Both the position numbers and the translations under genes were made by a program. Positions 20,677 to 32,147 of a DNA stretch of 64,000 nucleotides are shown piece by piece; within the stretch, counting starts at the first letter, position 1, and each line of letters starts with the position of its first letter. The notes below the pieces were generated by a model. That model saw only the letters and a list, made by a program, of their open reading frames with translations. It made no database searches and was not told the DNA's origin. Source of the DNA: an uncultured Clostridia bacterium. Its GTDB lineage: Bacteria; Bacillota; Clostridia; TANB77; CAG-508. The DNA lies in NCBI GenBank assembly GCA_963558405.1, contig CAUWGC010000001.1, positions 64,001 to 128,000 on the forward strand, written 5' to 3'.

Positions 20677-20710
20677 TATTAAATATATGTAAAAGGAGGA
20701 ATTGAGCAAA

Positions 20711-21847
20711 ATGAAAAAAGCAAAATCAGTAGAAAACAAAGCAATTGATAACAAAGAATTAATTTTAGCAATGGAAGAACTAGAAAAAGAGAAAGGTATT
20801 AAAAAGGAGTATTTATTAGAATCTATTGAAACAGCTTTAGTAACAGCATATAAAAGAAATTTTGATTCTAAAGAAAATGTTCGTGTGGCAATGGATAAAG
20901 AAACAGGTGAGGTTCACCTTTATGCAGTAAAGGATGTATCAGAAGTAGTAGAGGATGGAAGTTTACAAATCAGCCTAGAAAATGCAAAAAAAATAAATCC
21001 AAGAGCAGAATTAGGTGATCAAGTAAATATTGAGCTTGCCCCAAAAGATTTTGGTAGAATTGCAGCAGGAACAGCAAAACAAGTTATAGTACAAAAGCTT
21101 CGTGAAGCAGAAAGAGAAGTTATTTTTACAGAGTTTAATGATAGAAAAGGAGAAATAGTTTCTGGAATTATTCAAAAAGCTGATGGAAATATTGTTGTAG
21201 TTGATTTAGGAAAATTAGAAGGAGTTATGCCACTAAAAGAACAAATTCCTACAGAAAAGTATCATGTAAATCAAAAAATAAGAGCAGTAGTAGTTTCTGT
21301 AGAAAAAGGGTTAAAGGGTGCTCCACAGGTAATAATTTCTAGAGCATCATCAGAGTTTGTAAGAAAATTATTTGAATTAGAAATTCCAGAGATATATGAA
21401 GGTTTAATAGAAATAAAAAGTGTATCAAGAGACCCGGGTTCTAGATGTAAAGTTGCAGTTTACTCTCAAAACGAAAATATAGATCCAGTAGGTTCTTGTG
21501 TAGGACAAAAAGGAATTCGTATTCAAAATATTATAAATGAACTAAATGGAGAAAAAATAGATGTTATAGAATGGGATAAAGACCCAATGATATTTATTTC
21601 AGCAGCACTTCTTCCAGCTGAGGTAATGGCAGTAGATATTAAAGAAGAAGAAAAATTTGCACAAGTAATTGTTCCAGATGATCAATTATCACTAGCAATT
21701 GGTAAAGTTGGACAAAATGCAAGATTAGCAGCTAAATTAACAAATTGGAAAATAGATATTAAATCAGAAAGTCAATTTAGAAAAATATTAGAAGAAAAAT
21801 CAAAAGAAAAAGAGGAAAATATAGAAGAAACTCCAAATGAAGAATAG
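20711..21847 (+). CDS. nusA: Transcription factor NusA
   Basis: FGRIAAGTAKQVI, EIPEI, DPVGSCVG and LAIGKVGQNARLAAKLT; ATG 20711 chosen over TTG 20702. Confidence 0.97.
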   Translation: MKKAKSVENKAIDNKELILAMEELEKEKGIKKEYLLESIETALVTAYKRNFDSKENVRVAMDKETGEVHLYAVKDVSEVVEDGSLQISLENAKKINPRAELGDQVNIELAPKDFGRIAAGTAKQVIVQKLREAEREVIFTEFNDRKGEIVSGIIQKADGNIVVVDLGKLEGVMPLKEQIPTEKYHVNQKIRAVVVSVEKGLKGAPQVIISRASSEFVRKLFELEIPEIYEGLIEIKSVSRDPGSRCKVAVYSQNENIDPVGSCVGQKGIRIQNIINELNGEKIDVIEWDKDPMIFISAALLPAEVMAVDIKEEEKFAQVIVPDDQLSLAIGKVGQNARLAAKLTNWKIDIKSESQFRKILEEKSKEKEENIEETPNEE

Positions 21848-21856
21848 GAGGATACA

Positions 21857-22117
21857 ATGAAAAAAATAATAAACAGAACTTGCATAGGTTGCAATACTAT
21901 TAAAGACAAAAGAGAATTAATTCGTATTGTAAAAGATAAAGAAGGAAATATCTCAATAGACCGTACAGGAAAGTTAAATGGTCGAGGAGCGTATATTTGT
22001 GATAATATAGAATGTTTTGAAAAAATGGTTAAGGCAAAAAAATTAGAAAAAACATTTGAAATGAAAATAGATAACGAAATATATGAAAAATTAAGAGGTG
22101 TAATACTTGATAAATAA
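21857..22117 (+). CDS. ylxR: YlxR/RnpM family RNA-binding protein
   Basis: RTCIGC...ELIRIV...GRGAYIC; operon position. Confidence 0.92.
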   Translation: MKKIINRTCIGCNTIKDKRELIRIVKDKEGNISIDRTGKLNGRGAYICDNIECFEKMVKAKKLEKTFEMKIDNEIYEKLRGVILDK

Positions 22118-22424
22118 AGTATATGGATTGCTAGGACTAATGGCAAGAGCTAGAAAAATTACATACGGTGCTGATGCTTGTATAGATGAAATGAAAAAAC
22201 AAAAAATAAAATTAATTTTAGTTGCTGAGGATGCATCAGAAAAAACAAAAAAGAATTTTGAATATTATTGCAAAGAAAATGAAATTCCAATTGTTTTTTA
22301 CGGAAAGATTGAAGAAATTAGTAAGTCAATAGGAAAAATAAATAAAGCGATTATTGGTATTAAAGATACTGGAGTTGCAATTAAAATACAAGAAATTATT
22401 AATGGGGGTGAAGCTATTGGGTAA
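22107..22424 (+). CDS. ylxQ: L7Ae-family RNA-binding protein (YlxQ)
   Basis: [10 protein letters not shown]...LVAEDAS; operon position. Confidence 0.88.
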   Translation: MINKVYGLLGLMARARKITYGADACIDEMKKQKIKLILVAEDASEKTKKNFEYYCKENEIPIVFYGKIEEISKSIGKINKAIIGIKDTGVAIKIQEIINGGEAIG

Positions 22425-25400
22425 AATTAAAATACATGAAATAGCAAAAGAAATGGGCTTTTCTAGTAAAGAAGTATTAGAAAAAGCTCAAGAGTTAGGA
22501 ATTGAAGTGAAAAGTCATTTAAGTGCTGTGGACGATGATATTGCCCAAAAATTAAAGGATAACTTAAAAAAGGATAAAAAAGCAGAAAATCCAAAAAAAG
22601 AAAAAGTAGAAGAAAAAACAAAAAGTGGTTCTAAAAAAGAAGAAACTCCTGTAATAATAAGAAGAGAAGTTATTATTACAGAAGAAGAACAAGTTAAAAA
22701 AGAAGAAAACCATAAAAAACAAGATAAAACAAAGCAAGATATAGGATTTGTTGAAAGAAATAAAAATAAAGATTTTAATATTGTGTATCGTAACAAACCA
22801 AACAAACCAAAGACAGTAAGTGAACTTTTTGGATTAAAAGATAATAAGGAAGAAAAAGTAGCAAAAGAAGAGGAAAAGAAGGAAAATATAAAAGTAGAAA
22901 GTGAAGATATGCAAAGTAAAAAAGTAGTGGCAAAAGAGCCTCAAAAACCTCAAACTGTTGAAGTTAAAGAAGATATTGTTACAGAGAAAAAGCCAAAAGT
23001 AGAAGAAGAGAATAAACAACAACAAAATAATAACAACAATAATGTAAATACTTACCATAAAGAAAACAGCCAAAATAATTATAAAAACAATGGACAAAAC
23101 AACAATAACTACCGTGGCAATGGATATAATAACGAAAATAATTATAATCGTAATAATCAAAACAATAATTATAATAGAAACAATAATCAAAATAATAACT
23201 ATAACAGAAACAATAATCAAAACAATGGTTATAACCGTGGAAATAATCAAAATAACGGATATAACAAAAATAATAATCAACGTAATAATTCTAATATGGG
23301 ATTTGGTAGAAATAACAATTCTTTTCATAATAAAGGAAATAACTATAATAATTCAAACGGATTTAATAAAAGACCATTAGATGAAAAAGGAATTGAAAAA
23401 AATATTAAGAATATAATGATAAGTGAGATTCCAGAAAAAGAAATTACAAGAGACTATAATTCTAGAGGAATAGATAAAGATAAAGAAAGATTAAACAATA
23501 AATATGAAGAAAACAAAACAAAGAAAGTATCTAAAAATAGAAGATCTGGAAGATTTGATGAAGTTGATGAAGAAAAATTAAAAAATTTAAAACAAGCAGA
23601 TAGACTTTCTCATATGTTTAATGACCAAGAGGGAGGAATGTTAGATTATTACGATTTAACAACAGCAAGAGGAAAGAAAAATAAAAAGAAAGTTCAAAAA
23701 AATGATGAAGAACGTAATAAACAAAAAATATTTAAATTAACAGAGATTACAATTCCAGAAACAATTACTGTAAAAGATTTAGCTGCTGAACTTAAAAAGA
23801 CAAGTGGAGAAGTAATTAAAAAACTATTAAATTACGGTATTATGGCTACAATTAATAACGAATTAGACTTTGATACTGCTTTTCTAATTGCAAATGAATT
23901 TGGAGTTACAGCAAATAAAAAAGAAGTTGTATCAGATGAGGATATTTTATTTGATGAGTCAGAAGATAAACAAGAAGAATTAGAACCAAGACCACCAGTA
24001 GTAGTGGTAATGGGACACGTTGACCATGGAAAAACATCTCTTCTAGATGCTGTTCGTAAAACAAATGTAATTGAAGGAGAAGCTGGAGGAATAACACAAC
24101 ACATTGGTGCATATAAAGTTACTATAAACGGTAGAGAAATAACATTTTTAGATACACCAGGACACGAAGCATTTACTGCAATGCGTGCAAGAGGTGCACA
24201 AGTTACAGATATTGCAATTTTAGTTGTAGCAGCAGATGATGGAGTTATGCCACAAACAGTAGAAGCAATAAATCATGCCAAATCAGCAAATATTCCAATT
24301 ATTGTAGCTGTTAATAAAATTGACTTACCAGGAGCAAATGTAGATAAAATAAAACAAGAACTTATGAAATATGAACTTGTCCCAGAAGAATGGGGAGGAG
24401 ATACAATATTTGTTCCAATTTCTGCAAAGAAGCATCAAAATATAGATCAATTGTTAGAAATGGTATTGTTAGTTGCTGACATGAAAGAATTAAAAGCAAA
24501 TCCTAACAAACAAGCTAAAGGTGTTACAATAGAAGCAAGACTAGATAAAAATAAAGGTCCTATAGCTACTATATTAGTACAAAGAGGAACTTTGGATGTA
24601 GGTGATACTATTGTAGTAGGTTCTTCTATAGGTAGAATAAGAGCTATGAAAAATGACAAAGGAATTAAAGTTAAAAAAGCTGGACCATCTACACCAGTAG
24701 AAATATTAGGTTTAACAGAAGTTCCAGAAGCAGGAGAAACTTTCTACGAAGTTAAAGATGAAAAAACAGCAAAACATCTTATTGAAAGAAGAAAAAGACA
24801 GGCAAGAGAAAAGAGCATTAATAGTTCTTCAAGAGTCTCTTTGGATGATTTATTTAATCAAATTGAAAAAGGTAATTTAAAACAACTAAACTTAATTATT
24901 AAAGCAGACGTACAAGGAACAGTAGAAGCAGTAAAACAATCTATGGAAAAATTATCTAATGAAGAAGTAGAAGTTAAAGTAATCCATGCAAATGCAGGAG
25001 CAGTTACAGAATCAGATGTTACTTTAGCAAAAGTTTCTAATGCAATAATTATAGCATTTAATGTAAGACCAGGAAATTTAGCAAAAGAGTTAGCAGAAAG
25101 AGATGGAGTAGAAATAAAACAATATTCTGTTATTTATCAAGCTATAGAAGATGTAGAAGCTGCAATGAAGGGATTGTTAGATCCAATTTATGAAGAAAAA
25201 ATAATTGGAAATGCAGAAGTAAGACAAACATTTAGAGTAAGTGGTGTTGGTACAATAGCTGGTGCTTATGTATTAGATGGAAAATTAGAAAGAAATGCTG
25301 GAGTAAGAGTTATAAGAGAAAATGTTGTCATCCATGATGGTAAATTAGCATCACTAAAGAGATTTAAAGATGATGCAAAAGAAGTAACAAAAGGATTTGA

Positions 25401-25485
25401 ATGTGGAATTCAAATTGAAAATTACAATGATGTAAAAGAAGGAGATATCATCGAGGCATACATTTTAGAAGAAGTAAAAAGATAA
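22417..25485 (+). CDS. infB: Translation initiation factor IF-2
   Basis: [17 protein letters not shown] and NKID motifs; TTG start after GGGGGTGA. Confidence 0.98.
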   Translation: MGKIKIHEIAKEMGFSSKEVLEKAQELGIEVKSHLSAVDDDIAQKLKDNLKKDKKAENPKKEKVEEKTKSGSKKEETPVIIRREVIITEEEQVKKEENHKKQDKTKQDIGFVERNKNKDFNIVYRNKPNKPKTVSELFGLKDNKEEKVAKEEEKKENIKVESEDMQSKKVVAKEPQKPQTVEVKEDIVTEKKPKVEEENKQQQNNNNNNVNTYHKENSQNNYKNNGQNNNNYRGNGYNNENNYNRNNQNNNYNRNNNQNNNYNRNNNQNNGYNRGNNQNNGYNKNNNQRNNSNMGFGRNNNSFHNKGNNYNNSNGFNKRPLDEKGIEKNIKNIMISEIPEKEITRDYNSRGIDKDKERLNNKYEENKTKKVSKNRRSGRFDEVDEEKLKNLKQADRLSHMFNDQEGGMLDYYDLTTARGKKNKKKVQKNDEERNKQKIFKLTEITIPETITVKDLAAELKKTSGEVIKKLLNYGIMATINNELDFDTAFLIANEFGVTANKKEVVSDEDILFDESEDKQEELEPRPPVVVVMGHVDHGKTSLLDAVRKTNVIEGEAGGITQHIGAYKVTINGREITFLDTPGHEAFTAMRARGAQVTDIAILVVAADDGVMPQTVEAINHAKSANIPIIVAVNKIDLPGANVDKIKQELMKYELVPEEWGGDTIFVPISAKKHQNIDQLLEMVLLVADMKELKANPNKQAKGVTIEARLDKNKGPIATILVQRGTLDVGDTIVVGSSIGRIRAMKNDKGIKVKKAGPSTPVEILGLTEVPEAGETFYEVKDEKTAKHLIERRKRQAREKSINSSSRVSLDDLFNQIEKGNLKQLNLIIKADVQGTVEAVKQSMEKLSNEEVEVKVIHANAGAVTESDVTLAKVSNAIIIAFNVRPGNLAKELAERDGVEIKQYSVIYQAIEDVEAAMKGLLDPIYEEKIIGNAEVRQTFRVSGVGTIAGAYVLDGKLERNAGVRVIRENVVIHDGKLASLKRFKDDAKEVTKGFECGIQIENYNDVKEGDIIEAYILEEVKR
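23137..23280 (+). repeat. Imperfect ~30-nt tandem repeats encoding [10 protein letters not shown]-like units in IF-2
   Basis: About five consecutive units in an Asn-rich tract. Confidence 0.8.
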
Positions 25486-25525
25486 TGATATAAATTAGAG
25501 AAAGACAAAAGAAAGGGTGAAAAAA

Positions 25526-25903
25526 ATGCCAAAAAACGAAAATCGTTTAGGAAGAATTAATGAAGAGTTAAAAAAAGAAATAAGTAATATAATTTCTTTT
25601 GACCTAAAAAACCCAAATGTTACTGGATTGATAAGTGTTACAGGAGTTAAAATTACTCCAGATTTTAAATATGCAAAAGTATTTGTTAGTATTTTAAATG
25701 CAGAAAATACTAAAACAACTTTTGAAAATCTTAAAAAATCAGCTGGATTTATAAGAACCGAAATAGCAAAAAGAGTTAACCTTAGAATTACACCAGAAAT
25801 TATTTTTGAGATAGATGATTCTATGGAATATGGGGCAAAAATGGATAAATTGATTGAAGAAGTAAGAAGGCAAGATGAAGAAAACAAAAATAAAGGGGAA
25901 TAA
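25526..25903 (+). CDS. rbfA: Ribosome-binding factor A
   Basis: RLGRINEELKKEIS...AGFIR...LRITPEIIF..DDS. Confidence 0.96.
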   Translation: MPKNENRLGRINEELKKEISNIISFDLKNPNVTGLISVTGVKITPDFKYAKVFVSILNAENTKTTFENLKKSAGFIRTEIAKRVNLRITPEIIFEIDDSMEYGAKMDKLIEEVRRQDEENKNKGE

Positions 25904-25905
25904 AA

Positions 25906-26862
25906 ATGACGTTAGATAATATATTAGAGGAAATAAAAAAAGCAGATTCTATTGTTTTACTTACTCATGAGCATCCCGATGGAGATGCCATAGGTAGTAG
26001 TTTAGCTATGTTATTAGCATTACAATCAATGGATAAAAAGGTTGATTTAGTAATTCCTGAATATCCTAGAACTTTTGAATTTTTACCAGCAACTAATGAG
26101 ATTTTAAAAGAAGGAAGAATGGAAAATTATGATTTAGCAATTGCACTAGATTGTGCTACCATTCAAAGACTAAATGGATTTGGAAAATATTTTGAAAATG
26201 CAAAAGTAAAAATACAAATAGATCATCATAGTAAAAACACAATGTTTGGCGACTGGAATTTTGTAAATCCAGCATCGCCAGCATGTGCACAAATTATAGT
26301 GACTGTTTTAGAATATTTTGGAATAGAAATAACAAAAGCAATTGGAACTTGTCTTCTTACTGGAATTATTACAGATACAGGTGGATTTAAATACTCAAGT
26401 GTAACAGCAGATACATTTGAATTTGTATCATGGTTATTAGAAAAAGGAATTAATGTATCTGATATTTATCGTAGAGTATTAGAAATTAAAACAAAAACAA
26501 GTTTTGAATTAACAAAACTTGCTATGAATAGAATAGAGTTTTTAGAAGAAGGAAAAATTGCTTTTACATATATCATGCAAGAAGATAAAAAGAAAATAGG
26601 AACAGAAACAGGAGATAGTGAAGGAATAGTAGAAATGGGAAGAGGAATTGAAGGCGTAGAAGTTTCTGTTTTTATAAGTGAGACAGAAGAAAAAGATGGT
26701 TTTAAATGTTCTTTACGTTCAAATGACTATATGAATGTTGCAGATGTATGTATGATGTTTGGCGGTGGAGGCCATACAAAAGCTGCAGGATGTTATATTC
26801 CTGGCAGTTTAGAACAGGTAAAAGAAAAAATGATAAACAAAATAAAAGAATATTTACAATAA
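25906..26862 (+). CDS. nrnA: DHH/DHHA1 oligoribonuclease/pAp phosphatase (NrnA-like)
   Basis: HEHPDGDAIGS, IDHH, TDTGGF, SLRS and GGGGH motifs. Confidence 0.9.
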   Translation: MTLDNILEEIKKADSIVLLTHEHPDGDAIGSSLAMLLALQSMDKKVDLVIPEYPRTFEFLPATNEILKEGRMENYDLAIALDCATIQRLNGFGKYFENAKVKIQIDHHSKNTMFGDWNFVNPASPACAQIIVTVLEYFGIEITKAIGTCLLTGIITDTGGFKYSSVTADTFEFVSWLLEKGINVSDIYRRVLEIKTKTSFELTKLAMNRIEFLEEGKIAFTYIMQEDKKKIGTETGDSEGIVEMGRGIEGVEVSVFISETEEKDGFKCSLRSNDYMNVADVCMMFGGGGHTKAAGCYIPGSLEQVKEKMINKIKEYLQ

Positions 26863-26916
26863 AAAAGACTCTAATAGAGCCTTTTTATTGTTTAGTATAG
26901 TAATAAAAGGAGAAAA

Positions 26917-27783
26917 ATGGAAGGAATATTAATTGTAAATAAAGAAAAAGGATATACTTCACATGATATTGTATCAATAGTAAAAAAAAGAACAAATGAA
27001 AAAGTTGGTCATACAGGTACATTAGATCCAAATGCTACAGGAGTTCTTCCTCTTTTAATTGGAAAAGCAACTTTAATATCTAAATATTTAATAGAGCATG
27101 ACAAAACTTATTTAGCAACATTAAAATTAGGTAAAAGAACTACAACAGCAGATTCGGAAGGTGAAATTATTGAAGAACGCAAAGTAAAAAATATACAAAC
27201 AGAAGAAGTAGAAAAAGTTTTAAAAAGTTTTTTAGGTAAACAAATTCAAACGCCACCAATTTATTCGGCAATAAAAGTAAAAGGAAAAAAATTATATGAA
27301 TATGCAAGACAAGGAAAAAATGATAAAGTAGATATTCCTAAAAGAGAAATAGAAATTTATAATATAGAATTAAAAGAGATAAGAAATGACTTAAAAGAAA
27401 TTGTATTTGAAGTAAGTTGCTCAAAAGGAACATATATAAGAAGCCTATGTGAAGACATAGCAACAAAATTGGAAACAGTAGGATATATGAGTGAATTAAC
27501 AAGATTACAAGTAGGAAGATTTAAAATACAAGATAGTATAGCAATAGAAGAAATAAAGAATAATTCTACCAATATTTCAAAAAAAATAATAACAATAGAA
27601 AAATTTTTTGAAAATAAAGAAAAAATAGTATTAGAAGAAGTAAAGGAAAAAATGTTTTTAAATGGAGTAAAATTAAAAACTAATAATAAGGAAGGTCTTT
27701 ATAGAATATATAAACAAAATGGAATGTTTTTAGGACTAGGAATTGTAAAAAATAGTACTTTAAAAAGAGATATAATTATATGA
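26917..27783 (+). CDS. truB: tRNA pseudouridine(55) synthase
   Basis: GHTGTLDPNATG, PPIYSA and CSKGTYIRSL motifs. Confidence 0.97.
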   Translation: MEGILIVNKEKGYTSHDIVSIVKKRTNEKVGHTGTLDPNATGVLPLLIGKATLISKYLIEHDKTYLATLKLGKRTTTADSEGEIIEERKVKNIQTEEVEKVLKSFLGKQIQTPPIYSAIKVKGKKLYEYARQGKNDKVDIPKREIEIYNIELKEIRNDLKEIVFEVSCSKGTYIRSLCEDIATKLETVGYMSELTRLQVGRFKIQDSIAIEEIKNNSTNISKKIITIEKFFENKEKIVLEEVKEKMFLNGVKLKTNNKEGLYRIYKQNGMFLGLGIVKNSTLKRDIII

Positions 27784-27790
27784 TATAAAT

Positions 27791-27823
27791 AAAAAGCTCT
27801 AATAATATAAATTAGAGCTTTTT
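27791..27823. terminator. Bidirectional terminator between convergent genes
   Basis: AAAAAGCTCTAAT...ATTAGAGCTTTTT. Confidence 0.75.
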
Positions 27824-28676
27824 ATTTATAGCGATAAAAACGATATAATGGTTCTCCAGCTAGATGTTTTAAAATCATTCCATTGTACAGATTTCCATAA
27901 TCTCCAATTCCTTCATCATATACAGGAATTTCTAAAGAAAGAGTAGTAGAATATTCTTGATTTAAGTTATTTGTAATATTTATTCTAAAAGAAATAGTGT
28001 TAGAAATTGAACTTAATGCAACACCAGCTTTTTTTAGTAAACTACCATCATAAATAAGAGGACTAGAAGTATCTGAAATTGTAGTTTTATTTTTAATATC
28101 AGAATTTATATATCCAAATGTAATAGGATTATTACCTGTTTGATAAATTTGTGGTTTACTATAATCAATAACTCCTGTAAAAGGAATAATAGTATATTCA
28201 AATTTTTCAGAATCAAGCAAAGAAAATTCTTTTAATGGAATATATTTTGCAAAATTATTTAAATCTTTATAAAACAACGAAGGATTACCAAGTTCAGGTT
28301 GTCCTATTTTTATATTATCAATTGTTAATTTTTTAATAGTATTTTCATCAGTAAATGTATCAGAAGAATTACAACTATTAATGTATATTGCTATATCTGA
28401 ATATTGATTTACATCTAATGTCCAGCTACCATTGGATTTGGCATTTACATTACTGGCATTTGCACTACTAAATAATAAAATTTTATCTATGCTAAAAATA
28501 GTTTTTTCATTTAATTTAGCAAAAGGTAATGTAGTTTTTTCTAGATTATGTTTTCTTATAAAATCAAAAAGTATGGTAAAAGAAAGATAAACTATTAAAA
28601 TTATCAAAATAATTAATACTATTAATTTAAAAAATGAATTAAAAATAAATTTATTTTTTTTATCTTTTGAAGACAT
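27822..28676 (-). CDS. Hypothetical membrane-anchored protein
   Basis: 284-aa ORF with an N-terminal TM and RBS AGGAG. Confidence 0.75.
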   Translation of the reverse strand: MSSKDKKNKFIFNSFFKLIVLIILIILIVYLSFTILFDFIRKHNLEKTTLPFAKLNEKTIFSIDKILLFSSANASNVNAKSNGSWTLDVNQYSDIAIYINSCNSSDTFTDENTIKKLTIDNIKIGQPELGNPSLFYKDLNNFAKYIPLKEFSLLDSEKFEYTIIPFTGVIDYSKPQIYQTGNNPITFGYINSDIKNKTTISDTSSPLIYDGSLLKKAGVALSSISNTISFRINITNNLNQEYSTTLSLEIPVYDEGIGDYGNLYNGMILKHLAGEPLYRFYRYK

Positions 28677-28841
28677 ATAAAACTCCTAAATATAAATATT
28701 AGATATAATCTTTAAAAAGCTATCATAAAATATAAAAAAAATCAAATATAAAAAATTTTGATTTGTATGGTAAAAGTAAGAAAAAGTAAGATAAATAATA
28801 AATAATAAGAATAGAAGACAAAAATATGGGCAAATATAATA

Positions 28842-28870
28842 TTGAAATCTAAAATTATATATGGTAATAT
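28842..28870 (+). promoter_or_regulatory. SigA-type promoter of 6S RNA
   Basis: TTGAAA-17 nt-TAATAT with a TG extension. Confidence 0.55.
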
Positions 28871-28896
28871 ATTAATAACAAATAAATAGTAAATAA

Positions 28897-29084
28897 AAAT
28901 CCCTGCGTAGTTCGTGCAGAATGAAATTTTAGAACCAACAAGTTTTAAAAGGGAGTCCGACTTTGAATGTGGCGTGTATGCTTAAACAATTCTTTTTAAG
29001 AAACCCAGTAGCATTCAACAAGACACCCACCTACGAGAGTAGGTCCTTAAAATTTCTATCATCTTACGGCTAAGGCGGGGCTTT
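28897..29084 (+). ncRNA. ssrS: 6S RNA (boundaries approximate)
   Basis: GC-enriched intergenic rod of about 185 nt; 5' CCCTGCGT..TTCGT pairs with 3' ACGGC..GGCGGGG; internal GAACC, GGGAG, GGCGTG and ACCCACCT..GAGTAGGT motifs typical of Clostridia 6S RNA; T run at the end. Confidence 0.8.
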
Positions 29085-29155
29085 TTTGTTGTTTTAAACT
29101 TGTTTTTTTTATTACTTAATGATAAAATGTGGACATGAAAAAAGAGAGTGAATGT

Positions 29156-30005
29156 ATGAAAATAAAAGAAATATTAAAATATGGAATAGAAGAACTAAAA
29201 CAAGATGAAGATAAAATTTTAAAAGCAAAATTATTGTTAGCATTTTTACTTGACGTTCCTAAAGAATATCTAAATATACATATGGAAGAAGAAATAAATT
29301 CTTTAATAGAAATTAAATATAAAGAAAATTTAGATAAACTAAAAAAAGGTGTGCCTTTGCAATATATAATAAATAAACAAGAATTTATGGGAATTACATT
29401 TTATGTAGATGAAAGAGTATTGATTCCACAACCAGATACAGAAATTTTAGTAGAAGAAGTTTTAAAAAAAATATCTGAAAAAGCTAAGAAAAATGAAACA
29501 ATAGAAATATTAGATTTATGTACAGGAAGTGGAGCTATTGGAATATCTATTTCCATATATTTTCCAAATAGTTTGGTTACAATTAGTGATATTAGTGAAG
29601 ATGCTTTAGAAGTTGCAAAATTAAATGTAGAAAAACAAAAATGTAAAAATATAAAAATAGTAAAAAGTGATTTTTTTGATGGTATTAATGGTAAATTTGA
29701 TATAATTGTATCAAATCCTCCATATATAAAAACAGAAATAATACGGTACATTAAGTAAAGAAGTACAAAATGAACCTAATTTAGCATTAGATGGTGGCAA
29801 AGATGGATTGGATGCATATAGAAAAATTTTAAAAAAATCGCATAATTACTTGAAAAATGAAGGTATTTTAGCATTAGAAATTGGATATGACCAAAAAGAA
29901 GAAGTAATACAAGAAATTAAAAAGACAGAAAAGTATATAAATATAGAATCAAAAAATGATTTAGAAGGAAATAATAGAGTAATAATAGCAAAGAAAAAGG
30001 AGTAA
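29156..30005 (+). CDS. prmC: Release factor glutamine methyltransferase, split by a +1 frameshift at CGG 29744-29746; about 282 aa when joined
   Basis: PLQYI, VLIPQPDTE, LDLCTGSGAI and SNPPYI in frame 0; EVQNEPNLALDGGKDGLDAYR and LEIGYDQ in the +1 frame. Confidence 0.93.
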
Positions 30006-30010
30006 CAAAA

Positions 30011-30871
30011 ATGTCTTTTTCATATGAAGTAAAAGAAGAATTAAGTAAAATAAATAATCTTGCAAATAAAAAATTGGTAAAAGCGGAATTACTTGGATAT
30101 TTGATGAGCAATAATATGAATCAAATAAAAAATAAATATAAATTTTCAACAGAAAATAGCTATAATATAAATAGATTAAATAAATTACTAAGTAATACAA
30201 ATGTAAACTTTCAAATAGAAATACAAGGAAAAGTTTATACTATAAAATTTTCAGAATGTGAAAATCTACCTGTAAAAGAAAATATAAAAGATTATGGGGA
30301 AGAAGAAAAAAAGGCTTATGTTAGAGGGATTTTTTTAGGTTCTGGAATGATTAATGATCCAAATAAAAATTATCATTTAGAGATTATCTTTAGTAATCCA
30401 GATAATATAAAGTTAGCAATTGACATATTACAAGAATTTGGAATAGAAACTAAAATATTAGAAAGTAAAGAAAGATTTTCTTTATATACAAAAGATGGAG
30501 AAGAAATTTCTAAAATATTAGCATTTATTGGTGCAAATAAATCAGTATTAAAATATGAGGAAATACGTGTTATTAGAGAAATGAAAAATAATGTTAATCG
30601 TATTGTTAATTGCGAAACAGCTAATTTAAATAAAACAATAAATGCTTCAATGAGACAAATAGAAGAAATTAATTTTTTAAAAGAAAAAGGAAAATACGAA
30701 AATTTGCCAGAACATTTAAAAGAAATAGCAGAAGTAAGATTAGAGCATCCAGAATTAAGTATAGGAGAACTTGGGAATTTATTACAAAAACCAATTGGTA
30801 AATCTGGGGTGAGTTACCGTTTACAAGCTATTAGTAAATATGTAGAAGAAATCAAAAGTGAGGAAAAATGA
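30011..30871 (+). CDS. whiA: DNA-binding protein WhiA
   Basis: MSFSYEVKEEL, YHLEI, NRIVNCETANL and IGKSGV motifs. Confidence 0.95.
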   Translation: MSFSYEVKEELSKINNLANKKLVKAELLGYLMSNNMNQIKNKYKFSTENSYNINRLNKLLSNTNVNFQIEIQGKVYTIKFSECENLPVKENIKDYGEEEKKAYVRGIFLGSGMINDPNKNYHLEIIFSNPDNIKLAIDILQEFGIETKILESKERFSLYTKDGEEISKILAFIGANKSVLKYEEIRVIREMKNNVNRIVNCETANLNKTINASMRQIEEINFLKEKGKYENLPEHLKEIAEVRLEHPELSIGELGNLLQKPIGKSGVSYRLQAISKYVEEIKSEEK

Positions 30872-30872
30872 T

Positions 30873-32006
30873 ATGAGAGAAATAGGAATGTATATACATA
30901 TTCCATTTTGTAAACAAAAATGTTTATATTGTGATTTTGTATCTTTTTCTAATAAAGAATCTAAGCAAGATAGTTATATAAATTGTTTAATAAAAGAATT
31001 AGAGTATAAGGTGAGTTCAGACTATTTAATTAATACTATTTATATAGGAGGAGGAACACCATCATATTTAGAACAAGGAAGTATAAGTAAAATTTTATTA
31101 GCTATAAGGAACAATTATAAAATTAAAGAAGATGTAGAAATTACAATAGAGATAAATCCAGGAACAGTAGATACTAAAAAGCTAGAAGAATACAAAGAAG
31201 CGGGAATAAATAGAGTTAGTATAGGTCTTCAAGAAACAGATAACAATTTACTAAAAGAAATAGGAAGAATACATACATATGAAGAATTTTTAGATACATA
31301 TAAATTAATAGAAAAAATAGGATTTACAAATAAAAATATAGATTTTATGATAGGGCTTCCTAACCAAACTATAAATAACATTAAAGAGTCACTAGAAAAA
31401 GTAATTAATTTAAATCCAGAGCATATATCTATGTATTCACTTATTTTAGAAGAAGGTACACCTATTTATAATAAAGTAAAAAAAGGAGAGCTAGAGCTTC
31501 CAAACGAAGAAGAAGAGAGAATGGAATATTGGTATTTAAAGAATAAATTAGAATTAGCAGGATATAAGCATTATGAGATATCTAATTTTTCAAAGCAAGG
31601 AAAAGAATCGAAACATAATACTAATTGTTGGAATCAAAATGAATATTTAGGTTTTGGAGTAGCAGCTCATTCATACATAGATGGAATACGTTATTCTAAC
31701 ATAGATAGCCTAGAAAAATATATAGAAAATATTGAAAAAAATAATATAGAACAAAATAAATTAATTCAAGAAGAGCAAAATGAAGAAGATAAAGAAAAAG
31801 AATTTATGTTATTAGGACTTAGAAAAATTGATGGAGTATCTATTCAAGATTTTAAAGCAAAATACGGAAAAAATCCTATTTGTGTTTTTAAAGAATCTTT
31901 GCAGAAATTAGTAGAGGAAGGTTTACTAGAAGTAGATTTAGATAAAATAAAATTAACAAATAAGGGTTTGGATTTAGCCAATTTAGTATGGGAAGAATTT
32001 GTATAA
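30873..32006 (+). CDS. hemW: Radical SAM heme chaperone HemW (HemN-like)
   Basis: YIHIPFCKQKCLYCDF, GGGTPS, HYEISNF and HNTNCW motifs. Confidence 0.9.
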   Translation: MREIGMYIHIPFCKQKCLYCDFVSFSNKESKQDSYINCLIKELEYKVSSDYLINTIYIGGGTPSYLEQGSISKILLAIRNNYKIKEDVEITIEINPGTVDTKKLEEYKEAGINRVSIGLQETDNNLLKEIGRIHTYEEFLDTYKLIEKIGFTNKNIDFMIGLPNQTINNIKESLEKVINLNPEHISMYSLILEEGTPIYNKVKKGELELPNEEEERMEYWYLKNKLELAGYKHYEISNFSKQGKESKHNTNCWNQNEYLGFGVAAHSYIDGIRYSNIDSLEKYIENIEKNNIEQNKLIQEEQNEEDKEKEFMLLGLRKIDGVSIQDFKAKYGKNPICVFKESLQKLVEEGLLEVDLDKIKLTNKGLDLANLVWEEFV

Positions 32007-32147
32007 ATATATATTTTAAAAATTCACAAAAAAATCATTGAATATTATTTTTTTGATTGTTATAATAAAATGCAGATAAGGAATATAAAATTCATAGTAA
32101 AAAATATATGGATTGCCTTAAAAATATAAACAAGGAGGAAAAAGAAA

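Noticed and set aside
20173-22416. Long N-terminal extensions given by the ORF track for rimP and infB (also DUF4956, prmC, hemW, U32)
   Set aside because: Downstream starts have better-placed RBSs or match family N-termini.
28897-29084. GC-rich intergenic element as a novel riboswitch for prmC
   Set aside because: Its length, end-to-end pairing and motifs match 6S RNA.
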